DNA from: Dehalococcoidia bacterium
Lineage (GTDB): Bacteria > Chloroflexota > Dehalococcoidia > Plut-88900
Direction: 5' to 3'
DNA: 64,000 nucleotides
Assembly (NCBI GenBank): GCA_965207225.1
Contig: CBDBLV010000004.1
Location: 448,001 to 512,000, forward strand
The notes under the pieces are model-generated. The model saw only the letters and a program-made list of their open reading frames with translations, was not told the origin of the DNA and did no database searches. A program made the position numbers and the translations under genes. This document shows, one piece after another, positions 38,952-49,084 of the stretch. Numbering within the stretch: position 1 is the first letter of the stretch; every line of letters begins with the position of its first letter.

Positions 38952-40253
38952 ATGAAGTTCGATAAGTCCATAGAGCTCCATAAAAGGTCCAGCCGGTCCC
39001 TCGCTGGCGGTGTCAGCAGCCACCACCGCCGCGGCGAACTCCCGGTGCCCCTGTTCTTCGATCACGGCAAAGGCTCCCGAACGTACGACGTGGACGGCAA
39101 CGAGTTCATCGATTACTTCATGGGCAATGGGGCGGCAATATTCGGGCACTCCCCCGACTTCCTCCTGAACTCCGTCCGTGATGTGCTGGACCGCGGGCAG
39201 ATGTTTGCCGGCCAGCACGACCTCGAAATCAAAGTCGCCGAGCTAATCGCCGAAACAGTGCCCTCGGCGGAGATGGTACGCTATGGCAGCTCTGGCACCG
39301 AGGCAGTCCTGGCCGCAGTCAGGATCGCCCGCGCCTACACCGGCCGGTCCCTGATCATCAAGTTCGAGGGCCACTACCACGGCTGGGCCGACCCAGTCCT
39401 CTACAGCGTCGCACCCAACGTCCAGGACGCGGGCCCCTACGACTCCCCCCTCCCTGTCCCCGAATCGTTGGGCCAGTCCCCCGGCTCCGCAGAAGAGGTG
39501 ATCATTCTTCCCTGGAACAACCTGGAAGTCGTCGCGAACGCAATCCGCAAGCACCCCGACGAAATAGCAGCCGTCATCATGGAGGCCGTCCCGGTAAACA
39601 CCAACAGCGCCTTTCCGGGACCCGGCTACCTGGAGGGCGTCCGCAATCTTTGCGACGAGAACGGCATTATGCTGATCTTCGACGAAGTCATTACCGGATA
39701 TCGGCTCGCAGTCGGTGGGGCGCAGGAACTTCTCGGCGTCACCCCCGACCTGACAACGCTGGCCAAGGCAGCTGCCGGTGGATTCCCATTCTCAGCCGTC
39801 GCCGGCAAGCGGGAAGTCATGCAACCCGTCGCCGATGGTCGGGTCATGCACGCAGGGACCGCCAGCGGCAACGTCGTCTCCCTGGCCGCCTCCGAGACCA
39901 CCATCAACAGCCTCAGGGCCAACGAAGCCGAGCTTATTCGGCACATGCACCACGTCGGGGGCCTGCTGATGGACGGCCTCCGGGACCTGGCCGGCAAGCA
40001 CGAGGAAGATGTCCTTGTCCAGGGCCCCTCCCCCATCTTCACCATGGCATTCACCCCGGAGTCCTCTCTCCCCGACTACCGCTCCTTCTACGAGAAGGTT
40101 GACCACGAGCGCTACAACGTCTTCCGTCAAAACCTGCTTGAAAACGGAGTCAGGACAACCATGCACGGTAAATGGTTCCTCTCAACCGCCCACACCGAGC
40201 AGGATATAGAGCAGACGCTAGACGCTGCGGACAAAGCCCTTCGTGCGCTTTAG
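38952..40253 (+). CDS. class III aminotransferase (GSA-aminomutase-like)
   Basis: SSGTEA, KFEGHYHG, LIFDEVITG, DLTTLAKAAAGG. Confidence 0.88.
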   Translation: MKFDKSIELHKRSSRSLAGGVSSHHRRGELPVPLFFDHGKGSRTYDVDGNEFIDYFMGNGAAIFGHSPDFLLNSVRDVLDRGQMFAGQHDLEIKVAELIAETVPSAEMVRYGSSGTEAVLAAVRIARAYTGRSLIIKFEGHYHGWADPVLYSVAPNVQDAGPYDSPLPVPESLGQSPGSAEEVIILPWNNLEVVANAIRKHPDEIAAVIMEAVPVNTNSAFPGPGYLEGVRNLCDENGIMLIFDEVITGYRLAVGGAQELLGVTPDLTTLAKAAAGGFPFSAVAGKREVMQPVADGRVMHAGTASGNVVSLAASETTINSLRANEAELIRHMHHVGGLLMDGLRDLAGKHEEDVLVQGPSPIFTMAFTPESSLPDYRSFYEKVDHERYNVFRQNLLENGVRTTMHGKWFLSTAHTEQDIEQTLDAADKALRAL

Positions 40254-40300
40254 CATTTCAAAGCGTCGATCAGTTTTCAGGAACGGAGTGAGTTCTTCCC

Positions 40301-41878
40301 CTACACCCGGGTCCCGAATCTCCCCTTCGGCCCCAGTCCGCTCTGGATAGCCCCCTGCGACGCCTTCACGAACCGGTACACGTAATACCTCGTCTCCACC
40401 GGGTCGATCATCTCCTCCAGCCCGAATGCCTCCGCAGTCTTCCACGGCGAAGAGTCTTCGAGTAGCTTCGCCTCGATCTGGCTGCGTTTGGCGTCGGGGT
40501 CATCCGCCGCTTCAATCTCCCTGCGGAACGCCGCAAATACGCCGCCTTCCACCGGCATATCCCCGAACTCTCCCGTGGCCCATCCTATGCGCAGGTGCAG
40601 GCGGTCAGGGTTCGCCGTCGAGTTGCACGCCATCCCGAACGCTTTCCGCATGTGCACCGTCACCATCGGCACCGTGGACTCCATCATTGCCTGAAGCGCC
40701 CTCATCCCCTTCCGTAGAGTCCCTTCTCTCTCAGCCGCCTCCCCGATCATAAATCCGGGCACATCCACCAGGTAGACAATCGGCAGATTGAAAGTATCGC
40801 AAAGCTCGATGAACCGGGCCTGTTTCGTGGACGCCTGGGCATCCAGCGCTCCGCCAATGTACATGGGGTTGCTTGCCAGGACGCCCACCGAGTAACCACC
40901 GATTCTCGCCGGCCCGACTATCAGCGATCTCCCCCAGTCGGGCCCGATTTCGAAGAACGACCCCCGGTCGAAAATCACATCGATAAGGTCGTGAGAATCA
41001 TAGGCCTGGCGCCGGTCCTCGGGTATCAGCTTTAACAGGATGTCATCCTGCCTGTCCGGTGGGTCTCCGGTCTCGACAAAGGGAGGCATCTCCCACACGT
41101 TCTGTGGGAAGTAACTCAGGAATCTTTTCATCTGCCTGACCGCATCCGCCTCGTCATCCGCCACGTTATCCACCGTCCCCGAAATCTGCGTATGTATCTG
41201 TGCTCCCCCGAGCTCGAACTTGTTGACCCTGTGCCCGAGCGCCCTTTCGACCACCGGCGGCCCGCCCGCAAACACGCATGCCGTCTCCCGGGTCATAATC
41301 GAAAAGTGGGAGACCACCAACCTCCCCGCCGACCCTCCCGCACAGGCCCCCATGCCCGCCGCGATGACCGGCACCTCCCCCAGCAGCTGGTAACACCTGC
41401 CAAAACTCGCCGAGCTCACTATGGGCGCGTGCCCCGTGGTCTGCTGCATCCCCACCCCTCCACCAACACCCTCAACGAATATCATCAGTGGGATCCGGTA
41501 CTCATGGGCCAGGTCCTCCAGGAAGCCGCCTATGCCGCCCTTCTTCCGGTCCAGCCCTATGGTGTGACCCGCGCTGACGGTAAAGTCCTCACCCCCGAGC
41601 GCCACCGGCCGACCGTCCACTTCAGCCAGACCCATGATGTAGCTGGCCGGAGTCGGCTCCAGTTCCTTGCCCTGGGAGTCGTACCGGTGGTCGATGGCCA
41701 TGGTCCCCACTTCCAGGAAGCTGTCGGGGTCGGCCAGCATGCCGATCCGTTCTCTCACAAGGCCTCGGCCCTGCGACCTCTGCTTCTCTACGGCACGGTC
41801 CCCGCCGTGGGTCAACGACCGCTCTCTGCGGTACCTGAGCTCTTCTCTTGCCTTTTCCCATGTGAACGACTGGGTCAT
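40301..41878 (-). CDS. acyl-CoA carboxylase carboxyltransferase subunit
   Basis: GACAGG, FAGGPPVV, LVDVPGFMIG, IDPVETR. Confidence 0.88.
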   Translation of the reverse strand: MTQSFTWEKAREELRYRRERSLTHGGDRAVEKQRSQGRGLVRERIGMLADPDSFLEVGTMAIDHRYDSQGKELEPTPASYIMGLAEVDGRPVALGGEDFTVSAGHTIGLDRKKGGIGGFLEDLAHEYRIPLMIFVEGVGGGVGMQQTTGHAPIVSSASFGRCYQLLGEVPVIAAGMGACAGGSAGRLVVSHFSIMTRETACVFAGGPPVVERALGHRVNKFELGGAQIHTQISGTVDNVADDEADAVRQMKRFLSYFPQNVWEMPPFVETGDPPDRQDDILLKLIPEDRRQAYDSHDLIDVIFDRGSFFEIGPDWGRSLIVGPARIGGYSVGVLASNPMYIGGALDAQASTKQARFIELCDTFNLPIVYLVDVPGFMIGEAAEREGTLRKGMRALQAMMESTVPMVTVHMRKAFGMACNSTANPDRLHLRIGWATGEFGDMPVEGGVFAAFRREIEAADDPDAKRSQIEAKLLEDSSPWKTAEAFGLEEMIDPVETRYYVYRFVKASQGAIQSGLGPKGRFGTRV

Positions 41879-41924
41879 CGATAAGCCTCCTGAGAACTTT
41901 ACTGAGTATTTGTGCTTCGAGATT

Positions 41925-43082
41925 TTACTTAACAACCAGGTCCAACGGCATCCTTGACAGCCGCTCCGCTCCCGACTCCGTTACCAGCACCGTCTCCCCC
42001 GGCGACATCGTAATCCCCCTGGTGCTGTCCAGCAGGATCATGTGCATGAATATCACCATGTTCGGCTGGATCACTACCGGGTTGCCGGTAAACAGCATCG
42101 GGTAGTCCATCCACGTCGGCGGATAAAGCGCCCCGAGGCTGTAGCCACATGCGTTCAGCCTGTGCTCCCTGAACCCTGCATCATCGAAGGCTTTGGCGTG
42201 CGCATCGAACACGTCCCCGAAAGTGTTGCCCGGCTTGGCCGCCGCCTGAGCTGCCTGCAGAGCATTCACACCGGCCTCGTGCATTCTTTCATACTGCGGG
42301 TCATATTTTCCTGTTAGAGCTGTGCGCATCAGGCACGAATGGTAGTGCCGGTAAGCCGCCCCGAATTCCAGCTGCACCTGGTCATTCTCCCCAATGTCCC
42401 CGTGGCCCGTGATGTGCCTCACCATCAACGCCCGATCGCCCGACCCGATAATCCACCTCCCCGCCGGGTAGTCTCCCCCGCCCCTGAATATCGCCGCGTG
42501 CATACCTGCAAAGAGTTCCAGTTCCGGCACCCCCGGAGCGATCAACTCGTAGGCCACTTCCAGGGCGTCATCCGCCAGCGAGGCGGCTTTCCTAACGTAT
42601 TCGATCTCCTGCGGGCTCTTCGTGAGCCTTATCTCGCTCACCAGGTGGGAGGCATCCTCCCACTCGCAAAAGCCTTCGATTGCGCTCTTCATCATCTCCC
42701 ACCGACGCCCGGTCAGCGTCCAGGCCTCAAGCTCCGCCCCCAGCTTCTTGCCCCTGCACCCCTTCTCTTCCAGCACCTTCTTCACGTCGAGCCCCGGGTT
42801 TGCATCCCCGCTGTCCACCCAGATCCGCACGTCCTCAATCACCGACGTGAACGCCGACTGCCGCAGGTCCGCTGACCTCGTGATCAAGGTCATATCCCCG
42901 TCCGCGCCCAAGTACAGGCACTGGAATTGGGAGTACCCCATCGTGTCGTACCCCGTCAGGTAGTACATCGTCTCCTGCCGGAATATAAGCAGCCCGTCCA
43001 GCCCCTTCTCCTCCATAGACTCGCAGGTCTTCCGCCTCCGCTCCGCCAACTCTTCTTCACTGAAATGCAGGTGCTTGGCCAT
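41925..43082 (-). CDS. M24/Xaa-Pro peptidase family (creatinase/ectoine hydrolase-like)
   Basis: YYLTGYD, RLTKSPQEIEY, YRHYH..LMRT, CGYSLG; start MAKHLHF. Confidence 0.85.
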   Translation of the reverse strand: MAKHLHFSEEELAERRRKTCESMEEKGLDGLLIFRQETMYYLTGYDTMGYSQFQCLYLGADGDMTLITRSADLRQSAFTSVIEDVRIWVDSGDANPGLDVKKVLEEKGCRGKKLGAELEAWTLTGRRWEMMKSAIEGFCEWEDASHLVSEIRLTKSPQEIEYVRKAASLADDALEVAYELIAPGVPELELFAGMHAAIFRGGGDYPAGRWIIGSGDRALMVRHITGHGDIGENDQVQLEFGAAYRHYHSCLMRTALTGKYDPQYERMHEAGVNALQAAQAAAKPGNTFGDVFDAHAKAFDDAGFREHRLNACGYSLGALYPPTWMDYPMLFTGNPVVIQPNMVIFMHMILLDSTRGITMSPGETVLVTESGAERLSRMPLDLVVK

Positions 43083-43105
43083 CGAAAGTTCTCTCCTTGG
43101 TTTGC

Positions 43106-44854
43106 TTAGTTGGGAATCACCGGCAACGTCACGCGAGACGGATACGTCCCATTGTGCAGCACCGTCTGCGACGCGGGCTTGGACTCCGTCCCCCCACCCA
43201 GCACACCCCCCGTATTGGGGTTCCTGTCGAATCTTGGGAAGTTGCTGCTGGAAATCTCCACCCGGATCCTGTGCCCCGGCTTGAAAAGGTTGCTCGTTGC
43301 CCAGAGGTCTATCTTGTATTCGTGGACCTCTCCCGGCGTAATCAGCTTCGCCTCTTCCGTCGACTCTCGGTACCGCGCCCGGATAATCCCGTCCGTCAGG
43401 TTCACCGCCCCGCCGCACGGGCACGCGTCCACCAGCTTCGCCGTGAAGTCCGTGTCCACCGCCGATGATGCTGCATACAGCGTCACCGTCACCGGCCCTG
43501 TCACCTCAACCGGGATCTCCAACGGCTCGGTCGAGTAGACGAGCACGTCCTCCCGAGCCTCTATCGCACTTTGATTAAACGACCCCGGCGGAGATGCAGC
43601 CTGATTGCAGCACAAGCCCCCACCCCGAGTCGGCACAGGGTTGTTCGGGTTGTATAAGTAAGCATCGTAGGGCTCATCAGCCGGGGCCTCAGTGCTCAGC
43701 GATCCGTCACCCTTCAGACCGTTCGCCCGACCCTCGCTGTGCAGATAGTAGTCCGTGTATTGTGTTCGGGCCAGGGGCCATTCCTTCTCGCTTCGCCACT
43801 CATTGGCCCCCATCACGAATATCCGTACCGGGTCCTCCTCCCCGACCCCGTTGTCCTCCCCCTTCAGCCAGTAGTCGTACCAACGCAGCTTAGTCCCCTG
43901 GAAGTCAAACGAGACCGCGCTGGCCCTCGGGCCAAAGTTCACCTCCCCTCCCACACTCCCCGGTGTGTCGTCATGAAACCAGGGTCCCACCAGCAGCCGC
44001 TGTCCGTTCCTCGCCGCCTCTGTCGCACCATTCTTCTGCATCCCGACAAAGTTCCTGATTGTCCCGCCCAGGAAGATGTCGAACCATCCGCCCATGCTGT
44101 ATGCGGGCACTTCAACCGTGGAGTGCCTCTCCTGGATGTTCACCGACTTCCAGTAGGAGTCGTCCTCTGAGTGACGGACCCAATCGTTGAAATAGGGGGC
44201 CATGGCCGGGTTCTTGAACAGCGGGTGCTCGGCGAAGTTCAGAGTCTCGAAAGCGCCGTCCATATCCTCCAGGGCCTCCATCATCCGGGCCGAGTCCGCC
44301 GAAACGTCCCCGTGGTCCCGCTCGATGTGCTCCAGGTTAGCCATAGCCAGCGACACCGCCCAGCTCAGTGTGAAAAACAGCTGGTAAGCCCCGCCCTGAT
44401 AAGTCCAACCTTCGTAGTAATCGTCGCTGGTTATCGACGGGATGATGCACTTCAGGTGCGGAGGCCTCGATATCGCAGCCAGCCACTGCGTAGCCCCGAC
44501 ATACGAACCCCCATGCATCCCCACCGCCCCCGTTGACCAGGCCTGCGAAGCCGCCCATTCCACCGTGTCGTACCCGTCGTTTATCTCGTTCTTGAAGGTG
44601 TAGAACGTCCCCTCGGAGTTGTACCGACCCCGCACGTTCTGCATCACGAACGCGTAACCCTCCCTTGCTGCCCGGATCGGGTCCAGGCTGTCCACCCGGG
44701 TCCCGAATGCATCCTTGTCATAGGGAGTCCGGCACAGAATCACCGGGTACCGACCCGGCGTGTCAGGCCTGTAGACATCGGCATATAGAATCGTCCCGTC
44801 CCGCATCCGGGCCGGAACGTCCTGCTCCACCCTGACCGTAACCGGCTTGCTCAT
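43106..44854 (-). CDS. CocE/NonD family hydrolase
   Basis: RTPYDK, GGSYVG nucleophile, GGWFD, GPWFH, SSNFPRFDRN. Confidence 0.93.
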   Translation of the reverse strand: MSKPVTVRVEQDVPARMRDGTILYADVYRPDTPGRYPVILCRTPYDKDAFGTRVDSLDPIRAAREGYAFVMQNVRGRYNSEGTFYTFKNEINDGYDTVEWAASQAWSTGAVGMHGGSYVGATQWLAAISRPPHLKCIIPSITSDDYYEGWTYQGGAYQLFFTLSWAVSLAMANLEHIERDHGDVSADSARMMEALEDMDGAFETLNFAEHPLFKNPAMAPYFNDWVRHSEDDSYWKSVNIQERHSTVEVPAYSMGGWFDIFLGGTIRNFVGMQKNGATEAARNGQRLLVGPWFHDDTPGSVGGEVNFGPRASAVSFDFQGTKLRWYDYWLKGEDNGVGEEDPVRIFVMGANEWRSEKEWPLARTQYTDYYLHSEGRANGLKGDGSLSTEAPADEPYDAYLYNPNNPVPTRGGGLCCNQAASPPGSFNQSAIEAREDVLVYSTEPLEIPVEVTGPVTVTLYAASSAVDTDFTAKLVDACPCGGAVNLTDGIIRARYRESTEEAKLITPGEVHEYKIDLWATSNLFKPGHRIRVEISSSNFPRFDRNPNTGGVLGGGTESKPASQTVLHNGTYPSRVTLPVIPN

Positions 44855-44903
44855 CCTTCACCTCCCAGGTAAATCTCTGTCCTTCCGGGGCCCTTTTCCA
44901 TAC

Positions 44904-44928
44904 CATTCCGAGGCCCCGCGAGGAATCT
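44904..44928 (+). repeat. CATTCCGA(G/T)GCCCCGCGAGGAATCT repeat
   Basis: Near-identical copies at 57961, 59749 and 60022; variant at 9180. Confidence 0.8.
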
Positions 44929-45000
44929 CAAGCATTAGCCATAACGAGCATCCCGCATATCCCGGCAGCGTCTTTCTCCGGGGGAGGGAGGCGAACTCCG

Positions 45001-45801
45001 TCAACCCCGCAGAAACTCCCTCACCAGCCCCGACACCCTCTCCCTCTGCTCCAGCTGCGGTATGTGACCCGCACCGTCCAGGATCTCAGTCCTCACCATC
45101 GAGTTCACCATCCTGTCCGAAAACTCCCGGGCGTACTCCGGCGGCACCAGGGCGTCCTGCTTGCCCCACAATATCAACGAAGGCGCCGACACCCGGTAAA
45201 TCCTGTTCTTCAGCCCCTTGTCCGGAATCGGCCACGTGAACTTGGAAGTGCAGGCGATGGCCCACGTCCTGGCAATGGTGAAGTCCTGGAACTCCTCCTC
45301 GTCCTCCGGGACCTGCAGGAACCCCTTGGCGAACTCACCTTCGGGGTCGGCGAACAGGGCCCCGACCAGCGCCTCGGGGCTCATGGCCGTCCAGTCGAGC
45401 ACCGGGTGCTCGTCCAGCCAAAACCCGACGGGGTTCATCAACACCAGCTTGCTCACGCTCCCCGGGTTCGTCGCCGCTATCTCCGCCGCCAGCATCCCCC
45501 CATAGGAATGCCCGATGATCGCCGGCGACTCCAGACCCAGCTCTTCGAACAGGTCGTAGTGGTAAAGCACCAGGTCCCACAGGGTGTCGATTTTTCGGAT
45601 GTCGTCAGGATCGTGCAGGCCCGGGTGAAGGGGCGCGTATACCCTGAATTCAGAGGCCAGGTCGTCGAGGAAGCCGTCCCAGCGCAACCCCCCCGCCCCG
45701 TGCAGGAACACCACCGGCGGTCCCTCCCCTGCCGTCATCACCTTCGGGTTCAGCAGCCCGTCTCGGATTTTGGGAAACTTCTCAGCCACTGTGACCATCA
45801 A
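45001..45801 (-). CDS. alpha/beta fold hydrolase
   Basis: FLHGAGG, GHSYGG, WGKQD, GAGHIP. Confidence 0.9.
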   Translation of the reverse strand: MMVTVAEKFPKIRDGLLNPKVMTAGEGPPVVFLHGAGGLRWDGFLDDLASEFRVYAPLHPGLHDPDDIRKIDTLWDLVLYHYDLFEELGLESPAIIGHSYGGMLAAEIAATNPGSVSKLVLMNPVGFWLDEHPVLDWTAMSPEALVGALFADPEGEFAKGFLQVPEDEEEFQDFTIARTWAIACTSKFTWPIPDKGLKNRIYRVSAPSLILWGKQDALVPPEYAREFSDRMVNSMVRTEILDGAGHIPQLEQRERVSGLVREFLRG

Positions 45802-45830
45802 ATTCTCCTGCTCGAAATCTCTCCCGACGA

Positions 45831-47066
45831 CTACCCCACCACCGGCGCCGGGGCTTTAGTCTTCAGTTTTTCCGGCCACCAGTGGTTCTCCCATTCGTCG
45901 TCCCACATGTCATGAACGTGCGGCAGCACTTCCTTCGAAAATAGCTCGATGTTCTTCAGTGTAAGCTCGTGGGGCATGGACCCTATGTGCAGAAGCACCA
46001 TCAGGTTCCCGACCCGCAGCCGCTTCACCGCGTCCTTCAACTGGTCTACCACCGAGGCCGGCCCCCCGCTTATCACATATTGTCTGTCCACGAAGTCCTT
46101 GAACTTCCACTCTTTCCACTGGCCCGTCTGCTCGGCCCGACCCCCGCTCAGCTGCTTGACCCGCGTCACCAGGCTCTTGTAGTCCTGGTAGCCGGGCGCC
46201 GCCTGGAACTCGGGGGCCACGGCCATGCACTTGTTGAAGAAATACTGGATGTGCTTTTCGTAGTCCTTCTCCGCCTGCGCATCCGTCTCCGACACCGCCA
46301 CGAGCTGTAGGAATCCTGCCCTGTATGGGTTCACGTCCAGCCCGTTTTGCTCCACCCTCTCCCAGAACCTCTCCATGATCTTCGTTGCGAAGATGTTTCC
46401 GTAGTAGCTCAGATAGCAGTAGCAGTAGTTCATTTCACACACGAAGTCCCACGTGCTGCTGCTCCCCCCGCCCGGGACCCAGATCGGCGGATGAGGCTTC
46501 TGTATCGGCTTCGGCCACACGTTGACATACCGAAGCTGCGTGTACTTGCCGTTGAACGCAAACACCTCGTCCCGAGTCCACGCATCCACGATCAAATCGT
46601 GCGCTTCTCGGTATCTCTCCCTTTGGACGATAGGCGGGATGCCGTAGCTGAAATTGGCGTCCGCCGATGTCCCCAGCGGCATCCCTGCAATCAGCCGACC
46701 CCCGCTTATGCAGTCCAGCATCGCGTATTCTTCCGCGATTCTGACCGGAGGGTGCGTGGTCGGCAGAGTTGCCCCCATCTGCACCAGCGCCGCATTCTCC
46801 GTCGAGCGCGCCAGCACCGACCCCATTACGTTCGGATTGGGCATGAAACCATACGCGTTCTGGTGGTGTTCGTTAACGCATATCCCGTCCATCCCCATCT
46901 TGTCGGCATAGATGAGTTCGTCCAGCGTCCAGTTGTAGTACTGGCCCACTCTCTCCGGGTCCGCCAGCTCCGACCACGGAGGGTCCACCCACACCGAGTG
47001 ATACCTGTCTTCGAAATCGTCGGGAAGTTCCCGGTGCGGCATAAGGTGGAACATGGATACCTTCAC
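45831..47066 (-). CDS. LLM class flavin-dependent oxidoreductase
   Basis: VNEHHQNAYG, RIAEEYAMLDCISGGR, PKPIQKPHPPIW. Confidence 0.92.
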   Translation of the reverse strand: MKVSMFHLMPHRELPDDFEDRYHSVWVDPPWSELADPERVGQYYNWTLDELIYADKMGMDGICVNEHHQNAYGFMPNPNVMGSVLARSTENAALVQMGATLPTTHPPVRIAEEYAMLDCISGGRLIAGMPLGTSADANFSYGIPPIVQRERYREAHDLIVDAWTRDEVFAFNGKYTQLRYVNVWPKPIQKPHPPIWVPGGGSSSTWDFVCEMNYCYCYLSYYGNIFATKIMERFWERVEQNGLDVNPYRAGFLQLVAVSETDAQAEKDYEKHIQYFFNKCMAVAPEFQAAPGYQDYKSLVTRVKQLSGGRAEQTGQWKEWKFKDFVDRQYVISGGPASVVDQLKDAVKRLRVGNLMVLLHIGSMPHELTLKNIELFSKEVLPHVHDMWDDEWENHWWPEKLKTKAPAPVVG

Positions 47067-47181
47067 GATTGCACCTCCGTAGCGCTATGGTTCTCCCTCG
47101 CCACCCGAGGGTCTAAACGTTCGTGCATATTAGCACAATGACTTTCGCCTTTCTGCCCTCTCCATTCGGATTTCTATTACG

Positions 47182-47211
47182 AAAAAAGCCGGCTGGCTAA
47201 GCCAGCCGGCT
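47182..47211 (-). terminator. intrinsic terminator
   Basis: Minus strand GCCGGCTGGC-TTA-GCCAGCCGGC-TTTTTT. Confidence 0.8.
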
Positions 47212-47235
47212 GATGATTAAAGTCTTGCTTATTCG

Positions 47236-48021
47236 TTAGCCCAGCCCGTCCAGGAACTTCAACATCAGGCTATTGAGAATGTCCGGGTGTTCGATCATTA
47301 TCGGGTGCCCGCAGCCCGAGATCAGGTCGTACTGCGCCCCCGACACCTTCTCAGCCACCATCTGCGATCCCGGGATCGACATCTCGTCCTCGTCCCCCAC
47401 CACGACCATCATGGGCACCGTTACTTTGCTGAAGTCCGGGTTCGGGTCGAACGTGCCACAGGCCGCCAGGTCCGAATAGCACACCTCTCCGGGGGTCCCC
47501 GCCAGTTCCCTCGCGGCCCACTCCCTGATTTCCTTCGAGGTCCCCTCTGCGAAACCTTCCCCCAATTCAACTCTTGCCTTATCCGGGTCTTCTTTCCAGG
47601 GCCTCAACTCTTCTTCGCTAATCTCCCAGCTGGGACTCGACCCCACCATTACCGCACCCTTGAGCATGTCTCCGTGGTGTACCGCGAAGTCCAGGGCCAT
47701 GGAGCCCCCCATAGAGTGTCCTGCAAACACGAATGGCGCCAGGTCCAGGGTCTCGGCCAGCGCCTTTACAAACGCCCTGTAATCTTCCGCGTTGTCTATC
47801 CCTTTACCACCGGAGTCCAGGTGGCCGGGAAGGTCTACGGCAATCGGACTGTGCTCCCGAGAAAGGGCCTCTACCTGGTGATGCCAGGCCCTGTGATTGT
47901 TCGTCGCGCCGTGGACCATCAGGACTGTATGCCCTTTACGATTGCCTTCCGCAAAACCCTCGGGCGCCTGGAAATTCACATTGCTGCCATTGACTACTAT
48001 GCTGCCCATGACTACCCCCAA
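47236..48021 (-). CDS. alpha/beta fold hydrolase
   Basis: VHGA, DLPGH, GHSMGG, CGH. Confidence 0.9.
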   Translation of the reverse strand: MGVVMGSIVVNGSNVNFQAPEGFAEGNRKGHTVLMVHGATNNHRAWHHQVEALSREHSPIAVDLPGHLDSGGKGIDNAEDYRAFVKALAETLDLAPFVFAGHSMGGSMALDFAVHHGDMLKGAVMVGSSPSWEISEEELRPWKEDPDKARVELGEGFAEGTSKEIREWAARELAGTPGEVCYSDLAACGTFDPNPDFSKVTVPMMVVVGDEDEMSIPGSQMVAEKVSGAQYDLISGCGHPIMIEHPDILNSLMLKFLDGLG

Positions 48022-48041
48022 AGCATCAGTTTTTTTAGTCG

Positions 48042-48479
48042 CTACTCCGAAGGAGCGACAACCAGGGCTTGCCCCGTGACCGCCCTTCGCCCCTCCGTGT
48101 TTTCGATATACACGTCCACGTCTATGCAGTTCTCGCCTTCCCGCACTTCCTTATCCGTCACCACCCCGACGCACTGGATCTCCTCCTCGTGCTTCACCGG
48201 CGCCCGAAAGATTATGTCCAGCTTCTTAAGCCTGATGTTCGGCGCCCAGTCAGTTATCAGTTGGGACAGGTACGCCATGCTCATTATTCCCGGGATGATT
48301 AGCTGGTCCACACCCTCGCTCTTCGCCGTCTCAAGGTCCGTGAATCGCGACTTCTCCTCCAACCCGTACGCCCGACAAAACGCTTCCACCTGCTCTAGAG
48401 TCGGCTTCTTGGTCAACGGGCCTAACTCGTCGCCAACGTCTACCTGGTCGAAATAGACCGCTCCGCTCTGTTCACTCAT
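48042..48479 (-). CDS. MaoC-like hotdog dehydratase
   Basis: YFDQVDVGDEL, IIPGIM, FRAPV, CVGVVTDK. Confidence 0.8.
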   Translation of the reverse strand: MSEQSGAVYFDQVDVGDELGPLTKKPTLEQVEAFCRAYGLEEKSRFTDLETAKSEGVDQLIIPGIMSMAYLSQLITDWAPNIRLKKLDIIFRAPVKHEEEIQCVGVVTDKEVREGENCIDVDVYIENTEGRRAVTGQALVVAPSE

Positions 48480-48485
48480 TACCTT

Positions 48486-48896
48486 TTACTTTCTCCTTAC
48501 CGTGGACATTCCCACCCGGGCCACGGTCTCGCCGTGCTGGTTGGTGAATGTATGCTCCCTCACCACGAAGGCCATCGGCCCCGACCTCCCAGTCTTCTTG
48601 TACACCGACTTCACCCTCGCAACGCACGTCAGCACGTCCCCCGCCCTCACGGAGGTGCAGGGTTCGAGGTACTGTCCTGCCATGTAGTCGAATCCCTCGA
48701 AGTCCAGGTTCAGGTCATCTGGCCCTTCAAAGTTTGCAAACAGGGTCGCTATCAGCGCCGGAGCTTCTGTCCCGTCCCCCGACCCAGTACCTTCGTGAAA
48801 GTCCCGGATCATCTCTCCGGTCACCTCGAAATTGCCCAGGTTGTACTCCTCGTCAAGTACGCTTTTGTTGAATAGCAATTCGTCCTGCTGTGTCAT
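48486..48896 (-). CDS. MaoC dehydratase N-terminal-type hotdog protein
   Basis: VRAGDVL...KTGRSGPMAFVV...FTNQHGETVA; paired with the downstream MaoC gene. Confidence 0.8.
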   Translation of the reverse strand: MTQQDELLFNKSVLDEEYNLGNFEVTGEMIRDFHEGTGSGDGTEAPALIATLFANFEGPDDLNLDFEGFDYMAGQYLEPCTSVRAGDVLTCVARVKSVYKKTGRSGPMAFVVREHTFTNQHGETVARVGMSTVRRK

Positions 48897-49084
48897 TTGT
48901 GTCCCTGTCTCACGCCTCTCCCAAATTTAAGCGCATTAGGCCAAAAGGTGCCCTTGAACGCGACGCCTGATGATAAGCCACTGGCCATACTCTGTCCACT
49001 GAGCCGGCCTCACACCAGTCCACTTGCTGTGGTAGGGTGGGTTTCCGGATCCGGTCCTTATCGTACCCGGCAAAGGAATGTGAC

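Noticed and set aside
38952-40253. hemL assignment
   Set aside because: Divergent motifs and no heme genes nearby; kept as a class III aminotransferase.
48960-49040. Hammerhead-like CTGATGA core
   Set aside because: No properly placed GAAA or flanking stems.
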